A DNA stretch of 64,000 nt from Calcarisporiella thermophila CBS 279.70 (Eukaryota > Fungi > Calcarisporiellomycota). Shown here piece after piece: positions 10,982 to 25,500 of the stretch (positions within the stretch are counted from its first letter, which is position 1; each line of letters opens with the position of its first letter). The notes below the pieces were generated by a model. It saw only the letters and a list, made by a program, of their open reading frames with translations. It had not been told where the DNA came from and did not search any database. The DNA lies in contig NW_027192197.1 of assembly GCF_041956535.1 (NCBI RefSeq), positions 1,013,647 to 1,077,646 on the forward strand, read 5' to 3'. A program made the position numbers and the translations under genes.

Positions 10982-13062
10982 GGGGAGCGGAGGGGGGCTG
11001 AGCGGCGGGGGGGATGGAGACGCCGGCCGCGAGATTAGTTAGGGGATTGCGTTTCTCTTGTGCGGATGGAGAGGGGATGGCGTGAGAGGGGGCGGGGGAG
11101 GGCGGGGGAGGAGAGAAGCAAGAGGAGATAAGCACGCGCGCTCACTCGTCTTTTGTGGCCCTTGCAGCTTACATGCAGCTTTGGGGTGGGGGGCGGGAGT
11201 GGGTGAGGGCGCGGGGGGAAAGCGGGGAGAGGGTTTCTGGAGCGTCGTTTGCAGGCCGGGCCGTGAGTGGGGTTTCGGCGGGGTGGAACAGGGGGTGGAG
11301 AGTGGGGGGAGGAGGGGGAGAGGGGGAGACTCAGCGCGAGGGGAGAAAAACCAGAGTGCGGGGGAGTCGCGGCTGCTCCTTCTTATATCGGGCGGACGCG
11401 GGCGAGATTGGATGGGAGCCAGGGGAGGCAGGGGGGCAGCAGCACGCAAAGGAAAAAGGGGGAAAAAAAGGCTGCACGCCACTAACGGGTCGAGAAGAAC
11501 TATGCTCAACCCGCAGCCTCTCCTGCCCATATGGAGAAAATTAAAAGAGCAGAGCGCATGGAAATCCCAGCAACCAGGGAAACGTGTGAAACAGACTTCG
11601 AGCCGTCTTGTTTCTGGCGAGTTTTTGATTTCATTTATTTCATTTATTAGGCGACGGCGACCGCGATTCGCCCTGCAGCCCCGGGGCCGCAGCCTGCGGG
11701 GAAAGGGCCGGCGGGCGGACCCGGCGAGCTGGCTCTCTGCAGCAGCCGGGCTGGCCCTGGGCACGGAGAGTGAGGCCTCGGCAAATGAGCACGATTGCGC
11801 GCTGAAATTGCACCGCAGAAAATTAAACATAGGCAAGCAGCTGCAAACAATGCAAACAACAAACAAAACACAGCAGGCGTGTGCCTGTTTAAGCTCTCGT
11901 TACCCCTGCCCCGCCCGCCCGTCCGTTTTTTGAAGGATGTCAGGGTTGCGTGCCAGCGCCTGTGATCGAGCGGGAGGGAACGAAAAAAAAAGCGGCCCAC
12001 CGATGCATGCCAACCGGATGCCTGCGGCCTCTGCCCCTGTGCTTTCATTCATTTCCTGCGGCCGCGCGCTTCGCCCCTCACCGCGCAATTGCGCGGATGT
12101 TGCTTGATGAGCTCATTTATTTCGCCCTGCGCACGGTGATCCCTCATGCACTGCCCTCATGCCCTCATACATCCGCGCATTCATATACGCGCGCCCCCCT
12201 ATCCTCCCCAAGGCCCCGCTCCCCCAACATCGCCCCCCGCCTGCCCAGATCGGCCAATCACCCCCCCTCCCTCCTCTGATCCTATCTAAGAATGACGAAG
12301 ATCGCAGGCCAGAACCGGATCCATCCTCCATGCTTGCCTTCTTTGGGCGAATTGAATTACACCCGCCCAATCAGCGCCCCGCCCCGCGCTTGGTGAGAAA
12401 TGGGACCGGCGATTTAGAGTTGGGGGGAGGGTGGCGCAGCAAGCCCGAGATGGCCAGGATCCAGCAAACCTTCTTCCTCGACGTGCGCGCCTGTGCTTGC
12501 CCTCCCCCCCTTGACCGCCCCGCCCTCGATACGCCCGAACGCCAGGCAGAACCACGCAAATCATCGGGCTCACGTGGTGGGAGGTCCTTCAGCACCCCGC
12601 AAAGACCAATGGCGGCCGCCGCCCCTCGATTCTCCCACTAAGCCTTCAAGCCATCGTCGGTGGGGATCCTTTGGGAGTCTCACCTCCTCACCCCCCCCCC
12701 CCTCCCCTGGTGGCGTGCTAAAACAATGGAGAGATGCTCTCATTCACAGTGGCCGGTGTCGGTGATGTCATCGCTCTTCCGCATTGACAGCTCGATTTGT
12801 GCTCTCGCCGGCGTCCCTTCAATCCTGCGCGAGCATTTGGGAATGGGGGTGCGATTGAGCCCAAGCCACCCTCTTCTCTGCCGGCTCCCGCTCCCGTCTC
12901 AAAATCCAAGCCACCCTTCTCTCTTGAGGCTCAAAAATAAATACCTTTTCCGAGCAAAATCCGAGATAAGATCCCCCCCCGCCTATATCCTCGCTACTCC
13001 CCTCCCCCCTTTCTATTCTTTTTGCTATTGCTATTAGTTTTTTTCTTTTTTCTTTTTTAAAC

Positions 13063-14236
13063 ATGACTTTACATTCCCTTCTCTCTACAATACACAAATA
13101 CTGTGAATCCTCGCTCCGCTCATTAATCATCTCGGCCCTCAAGCAGGGCCCGATCCCAAGGCATATCTCCTTCGTCATGGATGGAAATCGCCGCTTTGCC
13201 CGCAAAATCAACGTCAAAACGCAGATGGGGCACTCGATGGGATTCACCAAGCTAAAAGAGGTTTTTGCGCCGCTGCTGGCTGAACCACGCGTGCTCAAGC
13301 CCCTGCCGCTGACAAGTCTCTATTTGGATATATAGGTTCTGGAAATTTGCATGGATCTAGGGGTGGAGGTGGTGACGGTGTACGCCTTCAGCATCGAGAA
13401 CTTCAAACGTCCCAGAGAGGAGGTCGACTTCTTGATGGGGCTGGCACGCACAAAACTGCTGGAGCTATGCGAGCAGAAGTGAGTGGATTCGATGGCCGGA
13501 ACATCCCCTCCCCCGCCCCACTGACACTTTTCTGCTTTTGTTTGTCTTTAGCGAGGTCGTGCATAAGCACGGGATACGAATACGCGTTCTAGGGAATCGG
13601 AGCTATATTCCATCGGACGTGCTAGAGGTCATTGACAAGGTGTCGAAGCTGACGGAAAATAACACGGGGTAGGGATCTTGCTTTCGTGCTTGGTTGTCCT
13701 TGGTTCTCTTCCTAAATCGTTTCTCTTTCGGGTCTCGGCGTGTAGGCCCACGTTAAATATATGCTTTCCGTATACGTCACGCGATGAGATCACCGCAGCG
13801 ATCCAAAAGGTGGCAGGAAGAGTGAAGGACGGAGAGCTGAAGGAAAGGTAAGCCCCCACCCCCATGCCATGTTCCTCCCTGCCCGGCTTCTGGCGGCACC
13901 CTTCTCAATGGCAATGCATTACTCTAGCGATATCTCGCAGCAATTGCTGGAAGAGCACCTCTATACCGCCGGCTGCCCGAAGCTCGATGTATGGGTTCGC
14001 ACCTCGGGAGAGATCCGGCTGAGCGACTTTCTGCTGTGGCAGGTAAGCTGACAGAGAGCACCGTTCTGCTTATGGACGACCAAACTGAACCCTTAACATA
14101 TTTTGCGTGTGTGTGTGCTTGCGCGTGGGATTAGGCCGCAAACAACTGCCAAATCCACTTTGTGGACTGCTACTGGCCCGAGTTTTCCATCTGGCAATTG
14201 TTGCCCATTATCCTTAATTATCAGCTTGCTCGATGA
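13063..14236 (+). CDS. RER2: cis-prenyltransferase / dehydrodolichyl diphosphate synthase catalytic subunit
   Basis: [44 protein letters not shown] and YWPEF motifs across about 6 exons. Confidence 0.93.
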
Positions 14237-14539
14237 CCCCTGATATATATATTATTTTGTACATATACAATAAATACATACTGGAATATCCAACCTCTCC
14301 CCCCCCCCATCCCCAAGAAAAGGAGGATGAGCAAGGCCGCTTGCAGAGTCCGAGGCTGTTTCTTTATTTTTAAATAGATGAGGTCTAGGAGAATAGAGTT
14401 GGCTGGGGCAAGCAAATGGGAGAAAACACATGCGATATTAAAAAAAAAACAGTCAAACGCAAGGTCAAAGACACGAGAAAAAAGCAAGGGGAAATAAAAA
14501 GAAGCTACTGGAAAGCCATGCCATACTGTTTGTCGCAAT

Positions 14540-14931
14540 CTATAATCGGATGTTGTTCCGCTCACGTCGTCGCTGGACAGTGAGCTGCACCAATTCACCG
14601 ATGGTATTCAAATGAGCATGATTCAGTAGGAAAAAAAAAATAAAGCCATCAACCCCACTCACCATAATAAGACAGATAACCAACACAACTCCGTACACGC
14701 CAGCCGCCGTGTAACAGTTGCGAGCCACAGCGTGGGGATCGTCGGGATCCTCTGTTGAGTGGGTCAACGCTCCGGCATCAAACAGTGCTCCGAGCGCGAG
14801 CTGCCGATGGAAAAAGGATGGCGGAGTCAAGATCAATTCTTACCTGGCCCATAAAGAAGAAGTCGGGCACTTACCAAGAAAATGATTCCCATTACAGAGA
14901 GAATAGAGCAGCAGGCTGGAAACGCGGACAT
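14540..14931 (-). CDS. RNASEK: V-ATPase subunit f / ribonuclease kappa homolog (small two-TM protein)
   Basis: MSAFPACCSILSVMGIIFL|LALGALF...EDPDDPHAVARNCYTAAGVYGVVLVICL|..IRL*. The CC-x-LS-x-x-G and DP..A..CY.AA.VY pattern matches this family. Confidence 0.8.
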
Positions 14932-15361
14932 GACTGAGTAGAGCAGCGATGAATAGGGCTTCAAAGACCGGCAGTGAGTTAGAGAGATGTCTGGATAGGA
15001 GTGTCGGCCTTTGGTACTGGATGACGTTTAGATTTCAGATTGTCTGCAAGTTTCTGGTTTTTTGAAACGCGACACTAGTTGGTTGCACGCGGTCGGACAA
15101 AGAGGAGGAAAGGAACAATAGTCAGTTTCCAAAAGCATTAGGAGAATTCAAAAAATAAATCCTTTCCCATTTTGCTTTTTTTTTTTCTTTCCCTCCACTT
15201 CCTCATCCCCTCTCCCTCCCCCTCCCCACCTCATCTGGCATACCCTCGCACCTCTGTCCATTAGTGACTCTTGGCATCTTGGATACGATTCCGTCCCATC
15301 CTGCCATTGGTGAACAAACGTCACAACCAGTCAGACAAATAAACGAGGAGCCCTCCACACC

Positions 15362-18300
15362 ATGAATACCAATGGGCCCTCGCTAGGAAAATGGCCCGTT
15401 CTCTCTATAAAAGATCCATCTCGATGTAAGTTGACACGCCCACTTTGTCCCTCTCTGATGTCCCGCCGACTCTCGCCCATCCATGGAGAGTCACGAATTC
15501 GCCATGGAGCTGATATCTCTCGTTTCTCTTCTTAATAGTCTCCATCTCGCAGATCCTCGTCTCCAATAAAACCAGCAATGCGTACCTATGCCTGTCCCTC
15601 AGCAACGGCCACATTGCAGCGGTCCCCAAATGCTCTGATATGCTTGAATTCGTGGTGGATCCTAGTACGCTTCAGCCTATGCTTAAGCTGACACGCGATG
15701 ATGCGCTAGGATTCCACTTCAAATTCCATGTGGAGCGTGCTCGCCTTGGCGAGCTCTTCTTTGTGTGCGCGTTGACAGCGGAGGATATGGGAAGGGCTCT
15801 CGAAGGTGATCTGGAGACGCTCAAGCGTAAGGCGCTGCTCGCCATGGTCTATGTGGACGGAATATCCAACGGCGCATTGGAATGGAGTTGGAAGTGGGAC
15901 GTCCATGCCGAGAGCAGACGAAATCATTGCGCGGTAAGGGCGTGGGGGATCCCATCTCTTTTATGATGGAGAATGAGTGACTAATGGTGCCTCTCGAGAA
16001 TAGTTTGTACAACATTTGCCGGGGGCGGGTCGCTACGAGGTCCTGGCGTCTTTCGATGTTTGGTTTACAAGTTAGTATCCCCCTTTTGTTGTTGTTTCTT
16101 CCCCAGGATGGGGGTGGGACTGACTCCTCAACCTCTCTAGATCCACCCGTATCCGAAACATGCGACGCCTCCTCGCTCAACACCAACGGCTCACCCAGTT
16201 CCCCTTACGATTCCAGCCCATTGAGTAACGCCTCGCCTCACAGCATCTCCATGGGCCCCTCGCAATCCTCTCCAAACCACCTCCCGTGCCACCGCCTCTC
16301 CTCCCCGCCCGATCTGAGCATCATCCCCAGCTCCTTCCCCGGAGCCACCGCAGCACCCCCCTCCAACACCGGCCCCTCTCGCTCCCTCTCCGTCTCCGCG
16401 GCAGCCCCCCGCCATCTCGAGCGAGGCCGTGAGCACGACGCCGACCAGCAGGAGCCCGAGGATGGGCCTCTGTTCCGCGCCACCCTCAACCAGCTCGAGA
16501 AGAAAACGGCCACCCTGCGCCAGCAACTCAAGCGCGTCCTGAAGGGGGCCGACGCCTTTCTAGCCCAGGGCCTGGCCTACCGCGAGGCCGAGGACGCTTT
16601 TCTGCAGGCCCTCCACGGGCTCCCCGCCGCCGAGCCCATCATGGCGGCCTATCTCAGCGACTCGTTTCGGGCCCTCCAGGAGTACCGCACCAACCGTCTT
16701 GAGCAGATGCAAGCGCTGCTGATCGACCCTCTGCGGAACATGTACGACAAGGAGGTGAAGACGGTGGAGACGCGGAAGCGTGAGTTCGACGAGGAGAGCC
16801 GCGAATACTACGCCTCGCTTGCCAAGTACCTCGCCATCAAGAACGACAAGGCCAACCTCAAGAAGCACGCAGGGTCCGAGGCCCGATACCAGGCTCGGCG
16901 GGCCAAATTCGAGCTGCATCGCCTCCGCTACTACCACTTCCTGCAGGAGCTCGAGAACGGCCGTGGCGAGCAGGAGATCCGCTTCCACCTGCTCAACTAT
17001 GCCGAGAAGCACCACCAGTTTTACCAGCAGGCGGCGCTGGAGCTGCAGCAGCTGAAGCAGGCGCTGGACGCGACACGCTTGCAGAACAAGTGCGAGGCAC
17101 AGGCCGCGCAGCAGGTCAGCAGGGACCGGGAGGAGAGGCGGCGAGCGCTGGAAAAGCAGATAGCCGTGGTGGACTATAGCAAGGGCATCTCGAGCGAGAG
17201 TTACCCCAACTACACGGGAGAGTCCCCCGCCGCCGGGGGCACGGGCACCCCGGCGGGAGGGCTGGTCGCGGCGACCGCGGGGGAACCCCTTGATTCCCCG
17301 CGGTCAAACGCACTCGCCCCCACCGCGCCAACCCCAAGTGGCCATGCCTCCCATGACGCGACCTCAGACACCCCGTCGAACACGTTGTCCGAAGGCCGCC
17401 TTTCTCGCGACCCCGAGAGCATGGGCTTCCTTCGAAAAAAGGAGGGCTTCCTGTTCGCAACCTCTCGGCCCAACCACCACACGAGCTCTTTCGGCGCTAG
17501 CGCCGCCAAGCCCTCTCAGCAGACATGGCACAAGTACTGGTGCGTTGTGTCGGGCGGCCAGCTGCAGGAATACAGCAACTGGAAGCGGCAGCCCGAGACG
17601 CACAACGAGCCCATCAACCTGCGGTTTGCGACGGTGCGCGAGGCTCGGAATGCGGAGCGGCGGTTCTGCTTCGAGGTCATCACGCCGCACTACAAGAGGA
17701 CGTATCAGGCGGTGAGCGACGAGGACATGCAGGCGTGGATTCAGACCATTTCAAACGGTGAGATTCCCCCCCCCCCCGTCCCTCCTTTTATCCCTTTTTT
17801 TTTGCTGCTTCTCTCGATTTCAAACCTAACGCGTGCTTCCACCTTCCCGCCCCATAGCCATCGAGAGTTTACTGAATGGGACCTGTGTCTCGAACCTCGA
17901 CCTGACCAAAGACACAACCTCCCACGACGGCGATGTCAATGCGGCCCATGCGATTAGTGGGCTGACTCGCCCCCGCTCGCAGCACTTCACCAAGCGCCTC
18001 AGCCGCCAGTCCAACAAGCTGCCCGAGCTCCCGTCGGAGGGCAAGGACCTCAGCCGACCCTCCATCGAGTCCAAGGCATCGTTCATGAAACCCATACCAA
18101 AGACCCATGCGACCGTGGCCGCCGCGGCGCCCGCGGCGGACACCTCGGGGGCCATGCAGCTGGTGCAGCGCCTTTGGAAGAAACCGGGCAATAGTGTGTG
18201 TGCAGACTGTGGCACGGTCGGCCCCAAGTGGTGTAGCGTCAACCTGGGCATCCTGCTGTGCATCGAATGCTCAGGCATTCATCGCAGCCTTGGGACCCAC

Positions 18301-18933
18301 CTCTCCAAGGTGCGCAGCCTGACCCTCGACACGTATCAGCCGGAGCTCTACGAGTTTCTGAACGAACTGGGCAACGAGAGGTCGAACGAGATCTGGGAGG
18401 CCTTGCTGCGGCCCGCCCCCCCGCTCGAGAAGATCGGCCTCGGCATCCGAACACCCTCTCCCGCGGCGTGGTCTCCCGCGACCCCCCGCACCAAACCCAC
18501 CCCCGACACTCTCCAGGATAAAAAACGCCAGTTCATCCTCGCCAAATACGTGGAGCGCGAATATGCCCTACCCAATCCGGACGCGAACAGGCAGTTGTCC
18601 GAGGCGCTGGCCGCTCTCGACCCCGTAGAGGCCATGAGGGCCGTTGCGTCTGGAGCGGTGCCCAGGACAGAGGACCTGCTGGCCACAGGCGTGGTGACCG
18701 CCGACGCGAATGGCGACGAAGTCTTGGCGAACGGATTCATGATACCCCTCCAAATAGCGATGGCGCGCTACCGCGAGCAGTCCACCTCGTCGGTACCCCC
18801 TCTGGGCGCCGCCTCCGCCACCCTGCCCGGTGAAGCGCCACCTCCATTGCCCCCAAAAGACTTTGAGAGCAAGGAATCCCTTCTCTACTTTGCTTCAACA
18901 ACTAAGAGCACCTCGAGTGGAGAGGGCTCCTAG
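15362..18933 (+). CDS. BAR-PH-ArfGAP protein (ACAP/centaurin-beta, Csx2-like)
   Basis: BAR start EDGPLFRATL; PH domain RKKEGFLF..WHKYWCVV..RRFCFEVITP..WI; ArfGAP zinc finger CADC-x16-CIEC SGIHRSLGTHLSKVRSLTLD. Confidence 0.93.
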
Positions 18934-19970
18934 TCCACTTCTGTTGCATATTTATGTCTCTTCTCTCTTCCCGCTTTATTTTGTCCTCTTCTGTGATGTA
19001 CTTTAAAAAAAAATTCGCCCTCATTCGTTTTTTTTTTTCAGCTTCTGCGCTCCAACCTCTTCACCTCCTAAATTACTTCCCTATTTTTACCCCTTCCCTG
19101 TTAATGTTCCTTTTAATAGTTACTCCGTACTCTTTATATCTTAATACTACTTACTTATTAGTTTTTGTGTGCTTTTCTTTTGTTTTTTTTGTTTTTTTTC
19201 TTACCTATATCCCCTGGATTGTCTATCTCCCTTTTTTTTGTCTTCTTCCCCAAAATAATATCAAGAGTGGTTTTTCTTTTGGTCACTTTATAACCTCGGG
19301 TTGGGATTCGAAATGGGGTTTGAGTTTCAGAGTCTGATACCTAATACTCACTCGAACGCGAAAAAAAAACATACCTACGAGACAAACACCTTAGTTCACC
19401 CTTTTTCTCATGAGGAGACGCTGAAATCCCGATTCCCCCCATCCTCCACTCTAATTTTAGCCTTGTCCTTTTATCATTGTTTATAGCCTGGTCAAGCAAC
19501 CATAATCTTTTATTTGAAGAGGGCTTTTTTGAGATTGTTTTTTTTTTATTTGACATCATTTTCTCCTGCCTGACACCCTAATCTCCCATTCGAATAAGGA
19601 AGTAATTAGGAGGAGGTAAAAATATCGCAGCCATCTATTTATTTTTCTCCCTTTGCAATTGCCTTTGAATTGCTTCCCAATTCCTTATGGAAACATTTTA
19701 GTTTTTTCCATTGTGGTAATCGATTCACGGTTTATTCCATTTCTATCCGGAGTTTCTTTTTGTTGACGAAATTCTCACTCACCACGCCCTGTCTTCTATT
19801 TAGTGTGCCCTCGTAATCTTGTTACCCCAAAACAAAAATCAGAGAAGAAAAAAAAAAGCTTAAAAATACTCGCTGCTGGGCATTGATCTTTCTTTCCCTT
19901 CTCATTGATTCTTCCCAGTCATCTTCATTTTTCTGTGCCCTCGCTTCCCATCTTCACTGATCAACACCAT

Positions 19971-21430
19971 ATGATGATGAAACATTCGTCACCGCCACCC
20001 GCGCAGCTCGATGCCGCGTCTACCCGACATTCCGAAGAAAAGTACAAGCAACTAAAGCGGAAATTAAAGGAGGTGCTAATGGTAATGTATTGCAGCGGTC
20101 GGGCGAATGCCTCCCCCCCTCCCGACTAATGCCGCTCCATTTCGTCTTACATCAGTGGATGCTAAGATTTTGTTTTGATTTCTTATCCATTAGCAAAATG
20201 ATAAATTGTCCCAAGATGTAACGCGTGCGAAGATCAAGGTCCGGGAGCTGCGCAAGGAGAAGGGGTAGGTTTGAGAGAGGCCGGATGGCGCCAGATGCTG
20301 TCGTAGGAGAAGTGGGAGGGGGAGAGAAAGTAATACTTAGGCTAACACTATGGTATGTTGCGGATGCTAGGCTGTTGCTGGACCGGTTGGGCGAGCTCGA
20401 GGGATGGGATTCGGATTCGTCGGAATCGTCTGCTTCCGAAGAGGAGCCCGAAACGGCGCTTTCTCCGCTGGCCAACATTGCGCCTCCGTCGTCGAGCGCT
20501 ATCAATAAGGCTCGTAAGCGGCCGCATTCGTCACCGGCCGTTGAGGACAAACGACAAAAGCGGCAGAAGCAGCCCATTGCCGCACGGATTCGGCGGGTGC
20601 ACCCCGTGGAGCGCGATGAGAACGGCAACTACAAGCTACCGGTGCGGGTGGGGATCGTCACGGTCTTGAATCTGGGGCACATTGTGTATGACCGCGAAGC
20701 CTACCACAACGCCCGGTACATTTTTCCCGTTGGATACCAGGTGCTGCGCCCCTTCATGTCCACGGTGGATCCGGACAAGCAAGTGAACTACCACTGCGAG
20801 GTGCTGGATGGCGGCGAGGCCCCATTGGTAAGTAAGGCTGGCTCTTTGTGCAGAGGCGGAGAACTGACCCCCTCTCTTTCTCAACAGTTTAAAATCACGC
20901 CCGAGGATCGAAAGGACCGCCCGATCATTGCGCAGTCCGCCACCGGGGCATGGACGACCGTGGTGCGGGAGGCGAATACGCTGCGCAAGCGCGACCACTC
21001 CAACTCGGCGTCGGGGCCTGACTACTACGGGTTCACGCACCCGACGGTGGCCAAGATGATCCAGGATCTGCCGGGGGCAAGGCAGTGCGCAAACTACGTG
21101 TGGCAAGAGTTTGAGGAGATGGAGCCCGAGAAGGCCAACGGGCTGCTGGTGCGGGCAAACAAAAAGGTGAACAAGCTGCTGCATGGGCCGCAGCAAGCCG
21201 GGGGCGGGGCGGGCGCGAATGGGAGCGGCCACGCGGCAAGCAACGAGGGGCAGGCCGAGGAGAAGCTTGGGCAGCCCTTGTCGTCCCCGGTCGAGGAGGA
21301 CGAGCTGGAGAATGACGAGGAGGAGCAGGGCCTGAAGCAGGAGCAGGATGACGAGGCGGCCATGAAGCGCGACCCCTATCCGCCGGAGGAGGGGGTGGAG
21401 GGCGAGGGTCCATCCTGGACCGGATCATAG
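19971..21430 (+). CDS. TBRG1-like protein: N-terminal coiled coil plus FYRN/FYRC domain
   Basis: KYKQLKRKLKE..LLLDRL coil; VLNLGHIV..YH.RYIFPVGY (FYRN); SATGAW..SGPDYYGFTHPTVAKMIQDLPGA (FYRC). Confidence 0.88.
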
Positions 21431-22576
21431 AAGTATAGGCCCTCCCTCCACATTTTTTTATGATTTTTCTCCATATCTTTGTGGTTAAGTGCGGTTTTGT
21501 TTTTGTTTTTCTGCCCGTTTCCATCTTCCACGTAGGAAAAAGCTGGCAAAACAAGCTGGAAGTTCTATAGGGAACAAAAAAAAAAGTCGGTAGTTTTGTT
21601 TGTTATTATCTCTGCTTGCATGAATATTCTTTTAGAGCTATCTTTTTTTCTTTTCATCCAATTTTTTCCTACTGTTTTATTTTTTTTTCCCTTTTTATAT
21701 ATATATTCTTAACTTGTAGCAATATTCGTTTGATCAATGACGTTATAAATTCCTGTTTTGCATCATCTGCGGGCACTATCTCCACCATTCGATCTAAGAT
21801 CCACACAGACACGAGTGGCGGCATGGGGTAGCAAGGAAAACCCTCCAGTCGTTCAAGCCGGTAACCGACGGTCCCCCCCCTCCCTTTCCTTGCGGTTTCT
21901 GTGCTTGCAGCGTCGGAGGGCAAAGAGGGTGGAGACGATGCAAGCCACAGGAGCTTGTCTCTGCCCAACCAAAACAGGCCTAATGTGGGGATGACGTGAT
22001 CGGCAAGGAATCGCGAGACATTTTGAAGCTGCTTATGCACGGGCACGAGTCGTTGGGTGGCTTGCGCTCACGAGGCTGCTCGCGCGCGGTGCAGGTCCCG
22101 CCCGGGCTGATGCCACGCGATCCGGCCGCAGGCAGCTCATCTCTCCTCCCGTGTGGATGAGGCTATTCCCCTGCGCTATTACACAAACGCTTGAAGCTTA
22201 ATTCTGTGCTGGGCTTGTTTAGCGCGGGCGGAGTGCGAACCCGGCTCTGCAACCTGCCTATTTAAAGCCGATGTTCCAGAAGCGGTTTCGCCATTCGCCG
22301 ATAACCCCTCCTCTGGTAACCGCCACCCATTGGACCATCGCCAACGGTGTAAATATATACAAATAAATACACCACGGGATATTAAGTTTCTTAGCAGTGC
22401 GGTGAAATTGAACTTATCGACGGGCCATTCTATTTATTTGGTTTTCTCGCCGCTCTCCTCCTCTCCCGCCCCTTCCTGCCGATCTAGCCTCTCTTTCTCC
22501 ACAGCCCATCCCAGCCGTGCCGCGGATATCTCTTTCCCTGCGACAGACTCATCTAAGCTTTCTCTGATTCTCCAGT

Positions 22577-25500
22577 ATGGGTGAGGGAAGGTAAGTGGCC
22601 GAATCTCCCCTTCTGCTCGTCTCCCTCCGCTCTAACCCGGCGTTTTTCTGGCGGCTCTGGCCCACAGTATTATCAGCGGGCGCAACCCCCTGACGGTGGA
22701 TCCCACCAATCCGCTGCCGCTCTTTATCGTGCAGATGGTGATCATCGTTGTCACCACCCGCCTGCTTAGCATCCCGCTCGCGTATATCAAACAGCCGAGG
22801 GTCATAGCTGAAGTCATTGGTAACTATTTCTTCCTCCTACCGCGTCATCTCCCGCTTCCCCCTCCTTCTCCGCCTCTTTTCCCTCATCCCTCCCCTTCGT
22901 CGTCATCGCCGCCCTGTACTGAGCCCGCCCTTTGTCTTCCTAATTGTGTATAGGTGGTATCATCTTGGGTCCTTCAGTGCTTGGCCAGATTCCTGGTTTC
23001 CGAGATACCATTTTCCCCAGCGCTTCGTTGCCTTTCCTCAACATCATGGCCAACTTTGGGCTTGTGCTTTATCTCTTCATAGTTGGGCTCGAGCTTGATC
23101 TGAGCGTGCTCGCCAAACGCTTGCGATACAGCTTGTCTATCTCCGTGTGCGGAATGGGCCTCTCTTTCAGCATTGGCGCCGCAATATCCTTCCTGCTCTA
23201 CAACTCGCTCACGGACAAGACGACCCAGTTTGGAAGCTTTCTGTTATTCACTGGTGTATCCTTCACCGTCACCGTAAGTGGACTAATTCGCCGAGGACAC
23301 ACGGACCTTGATATCCCATGGGCTAATCTGCCTTCGCTCTGGCATTGCCCCCCCCCCCCACCTCCCCCTTGTAGGCTTTCCCCGTGCTGGCACGTATCCT
23401 GACCGAGAAAAAACTTCTCACCACGCCGGTCGGTTCTATCGTGATTGCCTCGGCCGCAGTGGACGACGTGGTCTCCTGGATCCTGCTGGCTCTCACCGTG
23501 TCCATCGCCAACAGCTCCTCGAACTGGTCCACCGCCATCTACATCCTTCTCTGCACCCTCGGCTGGGCACTCCTCTTGCTCTTTGCCGTGCGCCCGCTCT
23601 TCATCCTCTTCCTCCGCCGTTGTAACGCGTTTGAGAACGGCCCCTCGCCCTTCGTCACCTCCATCACGCTGATCCTCTGCCTTGTGAGTGCGTTCTACAC
23701 CGAGATCATCGGGGTCCATCCGATCTTCGGCGGCTTTCTCGTGGGCATCATTATGCCCCACGAGGGCGGGTTCGCCCTCGCCATCACGGAGAAGCTCGAG
23801 GATTTGGTCAACCTGCTCTTCCTCCCGCTGTACTTCACCCTCTCCGGTCTCAAGACTCAGATTGGCCTGCTGAACGACGGGATCTCGTGGGGCTTTGTGA
23901 TCCTCGTCATCCTGGGCGCCACCACGGGCAAGGTGACGGCGTGCACGCTCGCCGCCCGTGCCAACCGGCTCTCCTGGCGCGAGTCGTTCACCATCGGGTG
24001 CCTGATGAACACCAAGGGGCTGGTCGAGCTGATCGTGCTGAACCTGGGTTTGGACGCGGGGGTGATCAACGGCCGCATCTTCGCCATCCTGGTGCTCATG
24101 GCCATCGTCACCACCTGCATGACCTCTCCGCTCGTCAGCTGGCTGTACTCGCCCGAGCACCAGCGGCGCATCGAACAAGGCCGCGACGAAAAGCAGAAGG
24201 AGCGGCTCGGTCTCGCCGTACCCTCGGACCGCGAACCGGCGGCCACGCTGGCCGGCAGCGAGGAAAAACTGCAGATCGTCGTATGCCTGAAGCAGGACAT
24301 GCACCACATCCCTGCCCTCATGTCGCTGATCCGCCTGCTCGGCGAACGCGCCATGCCCTCGACTCCGCCGTCGCAGCCGCCCGCCACCCAGCGCCTCGAT
24401 CTTCGCCTGGGCGTGCTCCGAATCATGGAACTCACCCAGCGCACCTCCTCCATCCTCATGATTTCAGACTCGGCCGAGGTCGCCAACCACGACCCCGTGC
24501 TGAACGTGTTCCGCGCGTTTGGCTCGCTGCAGGGGCTGCCGGTGCAGGGCGCGGTAAGCGTGCTCGAGCCCCACGACTACGCCTCGAATGCCGCGGAGCA
24601 CGCCGAGCGGCTCTACGCCGACCTGCTGCTGGTGCCATGGGGCGGAGTGGGCGCCATGGCCGATCTGCACCAGGTGGCCGAGCTGAAGAACCAGCTGCAG
24701 GGGCCCCGGTTCCTGACCCACACCCCGCCGCAGCACCTGCAATTCGTCGCCAACCTGTTCCTGAAGGCTACGTGCTCGGTCGGGTTGTTGGTCGACCGCG
24801 GGTTCGGACGGGGCTCCTTCCACCGCAGCCGCGCCCAGGTCAACCAGGAGGACGGCACCAAGCTGCTGCTGCCATTCTTCGGCGGGCCGGACGACCGCGA
24901 GGCGCTGCTGCTGGTCGTGAAGCTGTGCGCTGACGTCGGCGTCTCCGCCACGGTCATCCGCATGCGCAAGGGCACGAAGACGGTGCAGTCCATGGACAAG
25001 CTCTCTGTGCCGGATGCTGACGCCAAGCCGCCGCTGGACCGCCGCCCCAGCGCGTGTTCCGTCGCGAGCGTCACGTCCTCCGTTTCGCTGGGCAGCATGC
25101 CCGACCCTGCGAACCCGCAGGCCAGCGAGGAGGACGACAAGCTGCTGGAGGAGTGGTTCGGCTCCGGTGCGGCCGAGGCGAAGCGCAGCAAGTATCCGCA
25201 GCTGGAGCGGGTGCACTTCTTCGAGCTCAACACCAGCACCCCGATCCGCACGGTGGTGCAGCGCGCTCGCGGCCTCAGCCCCCGCGACCTGGTCGTGGTG
25301 GGCCGAGCGTTCCGCCAGGAGATCAAGGAAGAGGCGGACGGAGACGGCGCCGGGCCCCTCAAGGGCGAGGAGGAGGACGTCGTCGTCGCCGCCTCGGACA
25401 AGGAGGAGCCCGATCAGGGCCACCAGTCGCGCTCGCGCCCCAAGCGCCAGGGCAGCGCGCTGAGTATCCGCTCGCTCCGTGAACAGAGCGACCAGGTGGC

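Noticed and set aside
11039-12765. Long ORFs of 275, 291 and 160 aa
   Set aside because: Low-complexity P/R/G translations of GC-rich non-coding DNA, with no motifs.
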